This document shows, in pieces, positions 61,190-64,000 of a stretch of 64,000 nucleotides of DNA. The DNA is from Sphaerodactylus townsendi (Eukaryota), in assembly GCF_021028975.2 (NCBI RefSeq), contig NC_059432.1:65720001-65784000 (forward strand), read 5' to 3'. Each line of letters starts with the position of its first letter. Position 1 is the first letter of the stretch. Under the pieces are notes generated by a model that searched no databases, had not been told where the DNA came from, and was given only the letters and a program-made list of their open reading frames with translations. The translations under genes and the position numbers were made by a program.

Positions 61190-63731
61190 ATGAAGAAGAG
61201 GACAGGAAGCGGGGGGGGCCGGAGGGTGGGTCGCGGGTGAGTGGGCGGGGACTCGACCGGAAACCGAGTTCAGAAGGGAAACAGAATCCTAAGGGCGGGG
61301 TCAAGAGCGGAAGTCATGGGTGCCTGTTGTATTGCACAGTGTGGCTTGTATTGATTTTCATGAGGGCACGTGGGCAATCAGGCGCACCCTCTGGGATCAC
61401 CCAGCATGTTCCGCAGGCTCAAATTGCCTTTGTTTAGGAATTATCTTTGCGATCAGAATATCTTACGTTCGTATTCTCTTCTCTGAAGTCGTAAATTCCA
61501 GGAAAAAAGCCTGCCGTTTGGTTTTGCTTAATCCATCCGGTGGCTCTCTTCCTCTTCTAAAAGCTGTAATGTTTAGTCAGTGCAGTTTAATTGCTTAAAA
61601 CCATAAAAAGAAATTAACGATGATACTAAGTGTAAATTTGTATTTATTGAACAAAGACGTTCTATGCCCTTGTCCTAGAAAGGCGGTATGCGTGCCCAAG
61701 ATTGCCAGAAAAGAGCCACTGTGTGGATGGTTAGAATATCAGACCCAGAAGGACTCTTGTTTCGAATTCCTGCTCAGTCCTGGTGGTTAATGAGTGACCT
61801 TGGGTCAGTGATTTTTTTCACAGTATAATTACCTCACAACTACCCCAAGCTTCAACTGTGTGATTCTATGTTTCTAAATGATTCCTATACAATTCATTAA
61901 GGTTAAAATGCAGAAGTTTGAGTTGAATGGACAGTATTTTAAATACACATGTAGGAAACTATTAAACTCACACTTCATCAGGATGACTAATTTGCATCTG
62001 CTCACTTTGTATGCCCAGAGGGCTGAAGAAAGGGAATTTAGGATAACAACTTTACACACACCTTTCATGAAAGGCTCTGTGATGTCAGAATGCCTTTTGT
62101 AACTGATCCTTCTGTTATCGGGTCTCTAGAATTGCTCTGCACTAGCCAAAGTTGTTTCTGAATCCACTTTTTTGCTCATTTCTGTAAAGATTGTGGTTGG
62201 TGACTTGTAAAAGCTAGCATGTTACACTTTGTCAACCTGTTGCTGTTTAGCCACTCCTGAACATCTCAAGATGAAAGGATCCAACTAAATACTTCAGTAT
62301 AATGGAACTTTAGAGAGCATGCTTCTCAGCACCTGTTTTTCTGTTTTGTCACAGCAGAGCTGGATTTCCCCATAATATTTTACTGTATTTCTCTTCTAGG
62401 AATGGCCAATGGCTTTCTCATGGAAGTATGCGTTGATTCAGTGGAGTCTGCCGTAAATGCAGAAAGGGGAGGTAATGCTACAAAAAGACTGCAAAGGAAG
62501 GTGTGAGTCACCCTGTGAATAGCATAAAAAATCTCCACAGCTCCGATCTAGAATAGTGACACAATGCGATTGTAATCCATGGGCTTAGAAGGATTACTTG
62601 GACGGTGCTTGGACTGTGAATCACTAGTTTTAGTTATGGAGTGTGCTTGTAGCAGAGGGATCCCTTGCAGTATTTGTGTGTGTGTGTGTGTTTTATGGTG
62701 GAGACTTTCTGTTTAGTTCACTGAATGTATTCCAGGAGCAAAACTCTGCTTATAGAATATAGGCTAAAATCAGATTATTTATTCTTAATGATCTTCATCT
62801 ACCTATGTGAGATGGAAGTAGCCAAATATTTTCCCTAAATAAAAACTTGAGAGAGACCTTTTGTTTAGTTTCCTGTTGTCTTCTTCAGATGTGAAATCTG
62901 TGAGCCCAGTAGAAGTTGTACTTCAGCTTGTGCTCTTGCTGCAGGTGCTGGCCGCCTTGAATTGTGTGCTAATCTGATGGAAGGAGGAACTACACCTAGT
63001 ATTGGTGAGTTGGTACCTGCAAGCTAAGATGCAACTCTCCAGCTTTCTGTATTGTGTATCTGTTTGAAGCCGCCAAGCATTAAGGACTGGTTCTGATAGG
63101 AGCATCGTAAACTGGACCATCTGTCCTCCAGGCTCTTTGTTCATGAAAGAGGGAGGAAGTAGCTAATGTTTGTTCATCTATTTATTAAAATGAATTTCAC
63201 CATTCACAAGCCTCTAAAACAATAGTGGTGTTCTGCATACTCTTGTAGTAAAACCATTGTTTTTTTTCATTGGCATCTTCTGGGCTTATGACAAGGCCAG
63301 CTGTAGTTATGTCATTATTCCCCTTCAGCAGCCTTATCACTTCCTTTGTTCCAAGAAGACGTTTTCTTTTCTCCATTGTAGCTGCAAGATTCAGTGCTGA
63401 GAGTTTTACTCTCCCACAGATTGGTGGGCCTGCGTCACACTGCAGAGTTCTAGTTTTTGCTTTCTATTTACTGGAATAGCTAGCTGTTCATGCTCTGAAC
63501 TGAATCCATTTTTGCCTACAGGTCTTTTGCAAGTAGTGAAGCAGTGTATAAGGGTGCCTGTATTTGTGATGATCCGTCCTCGAGGGGGGGATTTCCTCTA
63601 TTCTGACCGGGAAGTGGAAGTGATGAAGGCTGACATTCGACTGGCCAAGCAATATGGGGCTGATGGGCTGGTATTTGGAGCCTTGACGGAAGATGGGCGT
63701 GTGGACACAGAGCTCTGCACAGCACTGTTGG
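61190..63731 (+). CDS. CUTC: CutC homolog, copy 2 (syntenic copy): exons 1-4, continuing beyond the window
   Basis: Exon 1 ~61190-61236 (frame uncertain at a G homopolymer), 62400-62471, 62945-63004 (RLELCANLMEGGTTPSI), 63522-63731 (intact: VFVMIRPRGGDFLYSDREVEVMKADIRLAKQYGADGLVFGALTEDG). Confidence 0.93.
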
Positions 63732-64000
63732 GTGAGTGGTTGAATGGGAGAAACTAAATCAGATTGCCTGCTAGTACTGCCTTTGTTTGTTTGTTTATAT
63801 ATTTGCTTTCCATTTCAAAATCTGCTTAGTGTGACTCACAGATAAAGTGAAAAAACAAAACCCCACAACGGGTCTACATTATAAATACATTTAAAGTTCA
63901 GAAGCATTGAAACAATAAAAGTTTTAACCCTTGTTTTAAAAAGAACAAAGAGACCAAGAATTTTAAAGCCATTTTGAAATAAAATGGTATTTGACTGCCA

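Overview
Vertebrate genomic DNA from a squamate reptile, probably a gecko (inferred from the Sauria/Squam-type SINEs, SPIN, BovB-like RTE, CR1, L2, DIRS, Ngaro and Penelope repeats). The window has three blocks separated by N gaps. (1) 1-30105 is repeat-rich intronic sequence of STAG1. One coding exon (N-terminal AT-hook exon) is present twice, because 1-11671 is a near-perfect mirror image of 11772-23021 around a 100-N gap. (2) About 30194-35963 is a duplicate of COX15 exon 1, the shared promoter and CUTC exons 1-6. It sits where the body of SLC25A28 should be. (3) About 35964-64000 is a compact gene cluster: SLC25A28 exon 1 (-), ENTPD7 (+, all coding exons), ATP6V0E2 (-, complete), COX15 (-, 9 exons) and CUTC (+, exons 1-4). 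The giant palindrome, the duplication and scattered frameshifts look mostly like assembly or consensus artefacts. The most interesting biological observations are ATP6V0E2 lying between ENTPD7 and COX15 (probably its ancestral ohnolog position), an SGNH-hydrolase-bearing Ngaro-like insertion, and transposon-derived regulatory motifs. I found no convincing wholly new biological system. Coordinates were read by eye and repeat boundaries are approximate.
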